64,000 bases of DNA from Octopus sinensis (taxonomy: Eukaryota), in contig NC_043000.1 of assembly GCF_006345805.1 (NCBI RefSeq), positions 79,918,001-79,982,000 on the forward strand, given 5' to 3'. Shown here in pieces: positions 49,795-62,771 of this stretch. Both the position numbers and the translations under genes were made by a program. How positions within the stretch are numbered: the first letter of the stretch is position 1; the number at the start of each line of letters is the position of its first letter. Below the pieces are notes generated by a model that saw only the letters and a list, made by a program, of their open reading frames with translations, searched no databases and was not told where the DNA came from.

Positions 49795-52149
49795 GTAAGT
49801 AAAACTAAACTAATATGCTCCTAAACTAACATATCACTTGTATCCTATTAAGTGCATGAAAACCTGTGTTGTTGATTCTCTTATTGATGGATCAGTTTTG
49901 ATCCAGCACTCCCTGTGATCAAAGATATTCCAGCTATAATCATCTTGTCTTTTATTCAACGTATTCTGAATTACATTATCCAATAACATTTTCTGATAGG
50001 TTATTGTAATCCTAGATACACTTCATAAAAGAGGAGAAGGTCATGGTTGGAATGTGTTTAATCCTAAGTGTTCTCATTCAAGGCTGACTGTTGGTGTTAT
50101 GCATTGACCAGGCCCATTGCCTGGCTTTGGTGCCTGGGGATGCTTCTGAATATTCTGGGTGGACACTAATTTCTAATAATGCTAACAGGAAGTTTCAAAA
50201 TATCACTGTACATCTGAGCATGCACCATTGAATAGTAAGTAGGCAGTGCCATCTAGTGCCCTCCATTAGTGACAGGCATGGCATTAACTTATGACTTTTC
50301 TTTGAGGTAAACCAGAAAGTTTAATTTCATAACATAGTTGTGATTGCTGAACAAGATCCAGCCTAATATCAATCATTCTTGTATTTCATTCTATTGATAT
50401 TTTTCTTTCATGTTTATTCTTTATTCATTCTATTTTGTTTTCTTTCACTATAACCACTCTTGTGATTTTCAGTCTGTAGATCTTCTTTGCTGTACAGGAT
50501 ATACTTTGTATTCATTTCTTCTGTTTTCACTTACTTTTCTGAGATGATGTAGCTTTTCTCATTCATATTAATTGTTCACTTCACTAGTACCCATATACAC
50601 AGCATCAACTAACTCACTGAAAAAACTAGGAGTTTATTCTATCACTGTACATAACATTCATTGATTACATGAAAACTTGAAAATCTTTGGAAATGCAAAG
50701 TATCCTTAATTTATGTAAAAATCAAGGGGTTAAAGAAATCTTCATATTTACATCGATAGTGTGATCATCAATGAATTACACAAAGTGGATTATATCTAGA
50801 TAAGAGAATGAGTACAACAAGGAGACACCATATCACCAAACTTTTTGTCCCACAGTTGAAAAATATCTTCAGAATAGGAGATAAATGATATAAAAGATGA
50901 ATAAATTAATAGAATTTGATTTTAATTTATTAGTTTTAAAGTTAATATCAAGATTATTCTTAAACTCTTTAGTAAATAACTTCCCTTAAAAACCAATATA
51001 ATTTGAAAATCAATAAACCAATATAATTTGAAAGTCAATAATTTAAAATCGATAAATTGTTTGTTTAACATGAAACACTTTAAGTCATATAAAATCAACT
51101 TAACAACTAATCAATTCTCTGAACTTAAAAAATGGTTAGTTGATACTGTTGGTAACTTTTGCCCATAATATATTCTTTATAATGCTCTCTCTCCTCCCCA
51201 GCAAGCTTTGGTTTGTTCTTACCAACTCAACTACATTTAAATGAAGATTAGAAAGAATTACTAAGTTCTACTGAATTGAATCTTGTAATAATCAATCCTA
51301 AAGTACTGGCCCCAGTACTGCTAATATAGATGATGATAATGCTGCTGCTGATAATTATGATTATTATTTGGATGACAACAATGGTGACAATGACAATGAC
51401 AAAGACATTAACAATGGCAATGATGATGACAACAATGATGATATAATGGTAGTGGTGGTGGTGTTGATGATGATGATGATGATGATAACAATGACAAGTC
51501 AGGCTGACATAATCTATGAGGGAAATCTATACTTGTTATGGATGTGACTAGGAGGCCAAAGCAGGGATATGCTAACACATGACACATCTGGGGTTTACTT
51601 TTTTAAAGATGCAAATACATACTGAAGAATTTTATAATATTTCTAAGATGAATTATTTACTTTAACAACTTAAATTCTTTAGATTAACAACCTTGTCCTT
51701 TATGTTCTCTACTGAACTGTTTTAATAAGTATTATGCATAATTTTATCACCCGAGTCTCAATATTTACAAATGTATATAAATGTATACATTCATAGACAT
51801 GAATAAATATGTTAGTAAACTGCTTGAATTATTGGTAATGAGCATTATGAAATCAAATCTGACCCAGGAAATTGTGTATATCCACAATGCACTAATAAAG
51901 TTTTGCTTACAAGGAGAGAAATTAGTTGTGCATTCCTTACTAGACTTAATATTCCACTAGTAAATGGGGGGTATGCTTAAACTTGTAATGTCAGCTAAGT
52001 CAGTGTTGTTATTATGCTAATGATGGACAACTCCACATTCTCTTTATTCTAAGCAAGAGTGGTATTCAGTGGTTTGTGTTTTAGTGTGTTTTGTGTCATT
52101 TTGCTTTACCATTGAATTTTGTTAAAAATTTATTACAAAAATAAAGATG

Positions 52150-53245
52150 TTTAAAGTACGTCTATATTCAAGATAGTCTTTGCTTTTTAACATATTTTGT
52201 CCCTCTCACAAGCTGGCTTATAGCTTAGAGATCAGTCATGCATGAACATTTTCCTTCACTTCTTGGTCCATGATAAATTTAGTCACTTTGGCTCTTCAAA
52301 TGGAACTAGCACATAATAGTCCAAAGGAGCAACATCAGGCCTATAAGGAGAATGCTCCAATATATCATATTTCAGTTTCTGGACAATTCTAGCAGTGTGA
52401 GCAGCAGTGTAAGAACAGGCAGTATGCTATTACAACATAGCTCCATTTAACAGTAGTTCTTCAGCATTTGCTTTGAGTTGTAGGCCTTAATTTGACATGT
52501 AATCATGTAGTATTTCACCATTATGAGTATTGTTTACTGTTGAGTACCTTCCTTGATAATATTCTCATTCTAGTCCTTGGGAGTCTTAAAAAACTTTCAC
52601 CATAATTTTTCCTGCTCTTGCTTGAGCTTTGAACTTTTCCCAACAAGTGATTGTAGATATTTTCAATCCATAATCTGGTGTTTACTCTCCAGTATGTAAT
52701 GGTATATTCATGCTTCATCACTAGTAACAATTATTTTCTCTCAGAAGGTGTCATCTTCATTACTATAGCAATCCAAGCATCATTAGTAGATTTCAAAATG
52801 ATATAATTCTTTTTTTTTATTTTTGTGCAGCCCAATGAGTTGTTTTGGAACCTATTTTGCACAAACATTTCTAAATCCAAGTTAATTGTGGATGATTCTT
52901 TTTAGCAGATCCATAATTAATTTGCATATTATTTACCACTTCATCAAGTTATCCACCTGTTCAACTGAAATATGTCATGAAATCAATATTATCATTACCA
53001 CAGGATGTGGTCAGGTATTTGTTTCCTTCTTGATGTGTATCATTTGTTTGATCATTTATTTTTTCAATCCATCTATAAAATGTCTGTAGTTTCAAAACAC
53101 TGCTTCCATATGATACTGACCTCCAATAAATTTCAGGGACCATCTTTGTTGTGACCATCTAGTGATGTGCATGCAACTAGTTGTCCTGCCAGTCACAAAA
53201 ATATTGTAAATGAATTATGGATAATGAGTGATTCAACATTAATTG
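52150..53245 (-). mobile_element. Decayed mariner (boundaries approximate)
   Basis: Minus-strand remnants FYRWIEK, VTSDEA.IYHY and LEHSPYRPDVAPLDY. Confidence 0.75.
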
Positions 53246-54066
53246 TTAATTTGGAAACCTAAACTCAGAAAGCAACTAAGACCATAGAAACATAATGAAA
53301 CAGACTGACACACAACTATTTAGGATGATTACTGGATTATTAATTAAATTTATAATTATACTGATAATTAAGTATTTACTGCCAAGATTAAGTAAATGAT
53401 AATTGGCCACTATCTCTCTGTTTCATTTTTGGTCAGTTGACCATGATTCATCTAAAACTTTATGTCTAAGGTAATAACCTGAGCAATTTTTTTTTTTTGT
53501 GTAAGACTAGAAGTTGCTGCTGCAGAAAGTCTCCAAACAATACTGTTGTCCCAGAATAAGTCAAGGGCTGATACAGTTTGGTATCAGAATCATCAGAGGG
53601 GAACTTGGAACATAAAGAGCTGAAACACGCAACAACAATGCATTTTGTCCAACAGTCTAGTTATTCTTCCTATCCACCACTCTCAACTGTTACTGTATCA
53701 CCTCAGAATGGTGCAAGGCAAAGTTGATATCAAAGGGTGAGAACAAATACCACGAGTAATTTTATCTATTGATCTAACAATTCTACTATTCTACCATCCA
53801 AGACATTAGAAACACAAATTTGAGAGAGAAATGTGGCAGGCCTACTGACAGTACTTGAACCAACAACTTATAGTTTACTGATTGACCCCATTACATAACT
53901 GCCTTTGTCTCTTTTCAAAACTTACACTACAAAATTTGAAAAGAAGGAATGGCAATAGCTCTGTAGTGTAATCATTAATGCAGTGTCTCAGCAAAGAGTA
54001 GATATGGTTCAAATTCCTGCCAGTTGACTTGATGTACTTACTTTTAGTTTCAAATGATTGCTTTAA

Positions 54067-54284
54067 TCCTTTAGCATTCAAATTACACTATCAAATGTAA
54101 TGCTTATTTATTCATTGTTTTGAATTAACCTTCCATTATCTAGTAGCTTTGAGGTTTTTTTAATGTGATTGCATATTATTAGGAGGGCATCATAGGGTAG
54201 ATGTGAGAGGCTAGATCTGGCTGGTTTGAACATAAAACAGGGAAACTATGTAGGCCAGATATGTTTGGTGTGAATGTTAAAGGG
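54067..54284. mobile_element. piggyBac-like MITE, copy 2
   Basis: TTAA (54063-54066) tcctttagcattca ... tgaatgttaaaggg TTAA (54285-54288). Confidence 0.72.
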
Positions 54285-55109
54285 TTAATGACAATTTACA
54301 ATATCATCTATATTGAGGCTGCTAGATCCAGAATGCAGTCAGTCTATAGTTAATAGATTTGAGTTTGGCATTCATCAGTGGATTATATTATGTTTGTTTT
54401 TTGTTATAATAGTACCATTTCTGTTATGGTTGGTATTTTAAAATGATTTCAAAGTTTTTATAGAATGGTAAGATCATCCAACTAATAGATGTGTGCTTAA
54501 GAAGTTCTCTTCACAGCTATATGTTCGATGGCTAAGTTCCCTGTGCAGCACCTTGATCAACATAAATCCCTGAAAAGGGGACATAACTCAGTATCTGAAC
54601 TGTTCAATTAAAGAAAGATCAATAAAGTTAGTGGTATTACTGATGGTAATATAATTGATTGAAACTCATCAAGATGATACTCTAGCATGCCACAGTCCAG
54701 TAGCTGAGACACTGACAGTAATATACTACATCCTCACTTCACAGCAGATGTATGCTGAAAATCTAGATGAGATGGTGTAATAATTTCAAGAGCTAAATGG
54801 TGGTGGTGGCAATGGTAATGATAGCAGCAGTGGTAGTGGTGGGTTAATACAAAGACCTTCATCTACTTATCTATTTTTCTACTTATAAGACAATTCAAAA
54901 CCTGTCTTGTTGTTTTTTGTTGTTGCTTATTTCTCACCTTTATTTTTACCCTTTTTTAATGTGTTTTATTAAATTTTGTTTCATTTCTTGGTTATTTTGT
55001 GGAAGGAGTGTTTGCTGTATTGTATTTCAGCAGTTTTTGGAGAACAATCAGAAACTGAAATAGAACTGGGTAGTTGACTAAGACTTGCAGGAAAACCAAA
55101 GCTACACAG

Positions 55110-55150
55110 ATATGCACATACATACATACATACATACATACATACATACA

Positions 55151-55183
<33 letters not shown>

Positions 55184-55206
55184 GTACATACATACATACA
55201 TATATG

Positions 55207-55239
<33 letters not shown>

Positions 55240-55370
55240 GTACATACATACATATATGTACATACATATATACATGTACATACATGCATACATACATACA
55301 CACATACATACATACATACATACATACATACATACATACATACATACATACATACATACATACATGCATA
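55110..55370. repeat. (CATA)n microsatellite; similar tracts at 9180-9403, 45915-45970, 57040-57100
   Basis: Directly visible. Confidence 0.97.
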
Positions 55371-56819
55371 CATGTGTGTGTGTGTAAATATATATATATA
55401 TATATACATACATGTATGTATATATATATATACACACACATACATACGTATATGTATACACACCTATGTATATACATATGCATAGGTATAAATATGCACA
55501 TACACATATGCATATATACATAAATGCATGCACACATATATACATAACCTACATGATTACATGCATATATATTTGTATACACATGCATAAATGCATACAT
55601 GCAAAGAGACAGAAAGTCAGACAGAGACAACAACATACACAAAAATAAACAACTCAAAATAAAAGACACACCTAATCATCCACTGATGCTCATCCTACCT
55701 ACCCAAATCCAGAGAAGTATTGTTGTTGCTGCTGTTGTTAATATCTAAAGATTCTGTTGCCTTCCAGTTGAATTTCCATCAGTTGGTCATGTGACCATCT
55801 TTCTAAGGAAGTCTTTAGGGAAAGGGGTTGGGGAGGGGGATGTTGCAAAGGAACAAAGAGAAACACATTTAACACACTCTGGCAACACCACTACCTCCTT
55901 TATATCATCATCATCATTGTCATCATCGTCATCGTCATCATTATATCAACACCCCATCACCATCATCGTCATCATGACCAGCATTATCACTAATATAGAT
56001 TATGGTTTGTTTCTAAATTTACACCAAATGAGAATATGGAATGTGTCTCTAGGCAAGATATTTAACTCTGCTTGCTTTTTATGAATCTTCTTAATCACAT
56101 GATGATGATGATGATGATGATGATGACAATCATCATTATCATCGTCATTATAACCATCTTTCTCAATATTGGCCACTGCCATCACCACCACCACCACCAC
56201 CACCACCACCACCTTCTCTCTCCTGTCTCGATAATGACAACCACTATTTAAATATATATATTGTATTCCTGCCAAGGTTTAGATCTGTACGAAGTACAAC
56301 ACCTTTCCTACAATTTGCGCTTCACCACTATTTTAATTTCTGCCTCATGCTTCTGTCAGGCCAAAACATAAAATAATATGAAAAAAAAAAGTAGAAAGTC
56401 ACTTAAAAAGCTTTTATTTCTGATACCACTTTGAACCTGAAATGTAGGTTCAGTCCCTGAACCATTTCATTTCACTCCTTCCATGTACCCAAGAATTTTT
56501 ATCGTAGATTTTACTTTCTCTCTCTCTACACACACACATTAACGAATGCACACACACACACACACACACACAAAGATGCATGTGTGCACACACACAAGCA
56601 AACACATGTCCACACACAAACACACACGCATGCACACACACATGCACACACACACTCACCACTATCCATCCATCCATCCATCCATCCACCCATCCATGTG
56701 TATACATGTATGTATATATGTGTGAGTGTGTGTGTACATATCCATTTCTGTGTATGTGCATATGCGTGTATGTCTTTGTGTTATAAATAAATGTTGCTGT
56801 CATGTAAAGCAGAGTCCCT

Positions 56820-56972
56820 CATTTCCAGTCTTCCATGTAAACATATCTGGCCATAGGGATATGTTGCTTGGAAACAGGTGAAGGTTGGTAACAGGAAGGG
56901 AGTCCAGCAACAGAAAATCTTCCTCACCAAATTCATTCAGAGCAGTGCAAGCATGGAAAAGTGGTCGTTAAA
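56820..56972 (+). mobile_element. RTE-related SINE fragment
   Basis: Reverse complement of the 8590-8845 type, ending gcaagcatggaaaagtggtcgttaaaac. Confidence 0.5.
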
Positions 56973-57007
56973 ACACATGCACACATGCATACACACATGC
57001 ACACACG

Positions 57008-57047
<40 letters not shown>

Positions 57048-58787
57048 TACATACATACATACATACATACATACATACATACATACATACATACATACAT
57101 GCATACATACACACATACATACATATACGCATGCATGCATATGTATTAACATGCATATGTACATACATATATGCAGATATACCTATATGCACACATTGAC
57201 ATGTAGATAAATATGGTCAAATAGTTATGATGTTTGATCAGCAATTATGAGTCCCAGGTTTAATCTCATTGGGTAACTTTCTTTTGCCATTGCCTCAGGT
57301 CAACCATGTCTTGTAAGTGAGAGTGGGTATCTAGCAGAAATATTTAGCAATTGCAAAACAGCTAGAAATTGAACCTGGATCACTGTATCCAAGGCAAAGA
57401 AAACAACTAAGTAACTCATGTGATTTGCTCAAGTATTTGCTGATGGAACAAGAGCTAATTAAACAATTTCACCTTTGACTTGTTGTTTCTGACCAAGAGC
57501 ATCAGTTATAAATAAAATATATATTTATATTTCTTGCATTTTATCCTCTAGCAATTAGAAGCTAGAGCAAACATCTGCTATCTGCAGCAGAGAATGAGAA
57601 AAGAGCTTAGAGCTGTGTCTGTAACACCAAGACAATGGGTAACAATGATAAGATGATGGTGAAAATCTCATCAACACAACTTAACCAGATAACTCCAAGA
57701 AATACATGACACTACTGTTATACCTGATCTTACAATATCTCATATGACTTTCTAACTTGCTTACTTGTAAAAAAACTTTTCATGGTCATTTGTATTAACA
57801 AGAACATTAATTTGTTAATGATAAAAATAACTATTTTTGCTTTTAAAGCATGAATGAAATGTGTGTTTTTTCAATCTGTATCAACTTGATACCAAATCAT
57901 AACTATATTCACACACATACATAGAAAATGATCACAATATGAATATGGAAACTAAGTAGAAGCTCATTAAATGGATTGTACCTCAAAGATACTACCTTTT
58001 CACACTGATTCTGACTGGGAATTATGTTAAAGGTACACATGTCTGTGGAGTATTCATCCACCTACACACTAATTCAGGAACAAGTAATTCATTTGTACAA
58101 ACAAGTGAACTCTTATCATTGGAACTGATGGAGACCTTATGTGATTGGGATGAGAGGAAAGACTGCTTTGCAGAGTTTCCATCCAGAATGGTAAGACTAA
58201 TGGGAATGTTATCCAATCAGAGAAATTGTAAGATCAATGTCTGTGGGAAATATATGGGCAGGGATGAGTGAGTTTGTCTGTAACATTTTGGGTCTACTAA
58301 GGTCTGTAAGGACCAGGTGATGATAGTATCAAACAGCGAGATGTGTTAGGTCTAGTGTCCAAATATTTGGGTGCTAGGCCTAACACACCTCACTGTTATA
58401 GTGATTACATAACCCATTTCAGGTTATGGCATGATTTCCATTTTGAGAGCATGAATGTCCAAATGAACAAGTCAGTGATCACCCAGCTAATTCCTCTAGT
58501 GTTTCTAAGGTGATGAGCTGGTAGTATCTTTTGGATACTGGGCAAAATGCTTAGTGGAATTTCATCCATCTATATGTTCTGAGTTCAAACTCTGCTGAAA
58601 TTGACTTCTCCTTTCATCCTTTTGGGGGTCAATAAAATAAGTACCTTTGAGCACTGGGGTCTATGTAATTGACTTATCTCCTCCCCACAAATTTCTGACC
58701 TTGTGCCAAAATTTGAAACCAATTTTTCTAGTGCCTGATCACCAATCAGTATTCCAGCTATGACCATTTCATCTTTACACATATACA

Positions 58788-59410
58788 CATCATCATCATC
58801 ATCAGTTAATGTCTGCTTTCCATGCTGGCATGGGTTAGATGGTTTGACTTGAACTGGTAAGCCAGAGAGCTGCAACATGTTCCAGTCTGATCTGGTGCAG
58901 CTCTCCGGCTAACCAGTTCCAATCTGATTTGACATAGTTTCTTCAGCTGGATGCCCTTTGTAATGTCAACCACTCCAAGAATGTAATGGGTACTTTTTAC
59001 CTTCCATCAGCACAGGTGCCATTTACATGACACTGGCAACAGTCACAACTATGGTTTCACATGGCTTAATGAGTCTTCTCAAGCACAGTATATCGCTATG
59101 GTCTTGATCACATGTTATTGCCTCCATGAGGCCCAGCATTTGAAGATCATGCTTCATCACCTCATTCCTCACCTCTGTGAGGCTCAACATTCAAAGATTA
59201 TTTTGAAGATCAAGCTACTGGTAATGGCATGATTACAATTTCATGGGTAACAGTCATGACTATGATTTCACTTGGCTTGATGAGTCTTCTCAAGCACAGC
59301 ATATTGCCAAAGGTGTCACCTCTGTGAGGCCCAAAATTTGAAGATCATTTTTCACCACCTCGTCCCATGTCTTTCTGGGTCTACTTCTTCTACAGGTTCC
59401 CTCCACAAGT
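58788..59410 (-). mobile_element. RTE 3' end with internally duplicated ORF terminus
   Basis: VEGTCRRSRPRKTWDEVVKNDLQILGLTE on the minus strand. gagtcttctcaagcacag occurs twice (~59070 and ~59282). Confidence 0.75.
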
Positions 59411-59934
59411 TAATTTGGCTGTTATTGCTAGCAGGTCCTATGATCATACAGAGGCTGCACCTTCATTGGTTTAATTATTGTCCGACTATAGATTTAATGA
59501 AATACAATTCTTATTGTTTCAGTTAATTGTAAAAATCATGAAGAAATTTGCAGATATTTAATAAATGAACAAATGTTTTAATTAATTGGCATATAAAGTT
59601 GAATATTTGGAACATAATAAAACAAAAGATTCTAAAATAAAAGTATTATGGCAGACCCTAATTTAAATATCAATACTTTAAGAAGAAACTGCTACATCAT
59701 AGTACTAAGGAAGTCTTAGACAGGCTAGTATTAAGATGGTGAAGACTCTGCTCTTTATATATGGGTATTTTTAATAGTATACAAAATACAATATACCCAT
59801 TCTAACTCCCTAAAACTCCAAATGTTGTGGTGTAGGGGTTTAGCTTCAACCAAAGTAATATTTGGCATCTGTTTGAGATGTAGTTGGTGCTAGTTTACAG
59901 TGACCTATTTCAAACATGGTTACATGTACGTATA

Positions 59935-60240
59935 CTAGGTGGGCCGAAAATCTCACAAAAAATAAGCTCAAATGGTCTGGAGTTATCAAAGACATGTCTC
60001 AATTTTTCTGAAATTGAGTAAAACAAATACAATAATGATGAATACACACATAGTTGTACATGATGAAGAGAGTGAATAATAATAATAATAATAATAACAA
60101 CAATAACAACAACAACAACAACAACAATAATAATGATAATGATAATAATAAAAATAATAATAATTATGATAATAATAACAACAACAACGACAACATAATA
60201 TGCATAAAATGTTTTGATGTGTGATTTTTGGCCCACCTTG
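59935..60240. mobile_element. Tc1/mariner-like MITE with internal (AAT/AAC)n
   Basis: TIRs ctaggtgggccgaaaatctcaca / tgtgtgatttttggcccaccttg, with TA on the left. Confidence 0.6.
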
Positions 60241-60298
60241 ATAATGATATATACATACATATATATATATATACATATACATATATTGATATATATAT

Positions 60299-61174
60299 AC
60301 TAGCTTAAGGTGACCTGCTCTACGCACGGGTAAGAGTGTGATTGTTACTTTCTGTTGCTTCCTTTCTATTTTTTATCATCACATTCTCCCTCTTTGTTTC
60401 TCTCTCCTTTCTCTCTCACTTTCCCACTCTCTTACTCTTCATTTCTCTCGGATTCTCCCTCGCTTTCTCTTACTCTTTATCATTCTCTATCTATCTCTCT
60501 TCCATTTATAAACAACAAAAGATCTTGAGTAAGTTGAGAAAAAAATATTTTGAAAGATCAATCATAAATATTAGGCAGTGACAACGGAAAGGTCTGCTTC
60601 AAGGCAGATAGCAAAGCACTAACATTTAAAAGGGACAGACGAACTTGCGAGCTGAATAAAAATAAAAAAATATTGGAAACCAAAGTTTGAAGGGATAGAA
60701 TCCGAGGATAGTAGAGTCACCATGGCTGGCATTTCTTAATGACGGACAGCAACGTAGTGGCAGTTTAATGGCTGGTGTAAAATTTTGAACTTGATGTAAA
60801 AGAAAATTCCTAAACGCCAAGTTTTGAAGTGATTCTTTCTCATGACAGTAGACTCACCATGGCAAGCATTCAAAACTTCTTCATCATGGATGGCAGCACA
60901 TTGAAGATTTAAAGGCTGGCACAAATTTTTTAGCTTGATGTAACAGAGAATTCCTAAACACCCGATCCTGTAAATTTTAATCCACTTCCAGCCCCATTTA
61001 GACCTCTTTTCACATTTTGGTTAATATATCCCGATTTCATGAGGAATTTTGTCCTAGAGGTCACGCCTTTCATTTGAGGAAAAAATAGTTGCCATGCAAA
61101 CTCGCCAGCACTTTTAACATAGGTGTGCATATTTTCAGCTCAACTGATCACATAATGCAAACATTATATATATA

Positions 61175-61213
<39 letters not shown>

Positions 61214-62190
61214 TTAAATATATATATGTACATATATATGCATTATATATATACAAATGTATAAAAAATTATATATATATAAATACAAATATATACACTT
61301 TGTATATATACATTATATATGCATATTTATATATAGAACACACACACACATATAAATTAACCCAATAAACATCTGATTCATAATATTTGTTCTCATGATT
61401 GTGTGGTGGTGGTGGTGGCGATGATAATTCTCTCTATGAATGCAGACAGACGTAGAGAGAGAGAGAGAAAGAGAGAGAGAGAGGAGAGAGAGAGAGAGTG
61501 ACAGCGCTGGCGAAGGCGGCAGGGGAAAGATAGACGCTGTGAAACGATATTATAGAGAGAAGGTGAAAGGAAGGGAGGAAAGAGAGAGAGAGATGGAGAA
61601 AGACAAGCAGATAAAAGAATGAGAGAAGACTTGTCAAAATGCGTTTTTGGCCCTAGCAACGACAACTTTTAAGATGGGGATTTCTAACCTAGCCCACTCG
61701 CATCCTCACCTCATTTTACATGTCCCTGTAAATTTTGGAGTCAATCCGTTCTCAATGCCAAAACCAGACAAACAAACTTTTTGCATTTCAGAATTATAAT
61801 ATAGAGACTAGCTTAAGGTGACCCGCTCTACGTGCGGGTGAGGTTGTGATTGTTACTTTCTGTTGCTTCCTTTCTGTTTCTTATCGCCACATTCTCCCTC
61901 TTTGTTTCTCTTTCCTTTCTCTCTCACTTTCCCACTCTCGTACACTTCATTTCTCTCGGACTTTCCCTCGCTTTCTCTTACTCTCTATCTTTCTCTATCT
62001 ATCTCTCTCCCATTTATAAACAACAAAAGATCTTGAGTAAGTTGAGAAAGAAAATATTTTTACGCTTTTTAAACCCCCTCGTCGTTATTCTCATTAACTC
62101 ATTACTACTTTGTCCTTTCCTTTCACTTTCTCTCTATTACGTCGTTTGATAGCGACTACTATCTTTCCTCCGCCTCCTTCGACAGCGCTG

Positions 62191-62225
<35 letters not shown>

Positions 62226-62677
62226 GTCTGTCTGCATTCATAGAAAGAATTATCATCGCCACCACAACACAATCATGAGAATCTTTCTCTCTATATAGAG
62301 AGAGATGGGGAGAGAGAAAGTAATAATGAGTGAATGAGAATAACGACGAAGGTTTAAAAAGCGTAAAAATATTGAAGGCGGCGGAGGAAAGATAGTAGAC
62401 GCTATCAAACGACGTTATAGAGAGAAAGTGAAAGGAAAGGAGGAAAGAGAGAGAGAGATGGAGAGAGACAGGCAGATAAGAGAATGAGAGTAGACTTGTC
62501 TAAGTGTGCGTTTTTTGCCCTAGTAACCTTTTAAGATAGGGATTTCTAAGCTAGCTCACTGATATTCTCACCTCATTTTACATGTCCCTGTAAATTTTGG
62601 AGTCAATCCGACGGGATCTAGTGCCCTTTAACCCGTTCCAATGCCAAAACCAGACAAACAAATTTTTGCAATTCAGA

Positions 62678-62688
<11 letters not shown>
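60299..62688 (+). mobile_element. Two head-to-tail copies of a non-autonomous Helitron-like element (60299-61806, 61807-62688)
   Basis: Both start actagcttaaggtgacc(c/t)gctctacg..cgggt (5' hairpin at 61821-61839), share ~240 bp of 5' and ~300 bp of 3' sequence, and end cagaattataatata. No TSD or TIR. The class is inferred. Confidence 0.6.
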
Positions 62689-62734
<46 letters not shown>

Positions 62735-62771
62735 ATATTATTATATATACATATACATTGACATACATATA

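Noticed and set aside
53518-53580. Phase-compatible exon candidate after a poly-T tract
   Set aside because: Its 3' part resembles decayed SINE family C sequence (gggctgatacagtttgg).
55751-55826. Possible next kinesin exon (FCCLPVEFPSVGHVTIF)
   Set aside because: Poor acceptor in the required phase, weak donor, and no F.F..V motif.
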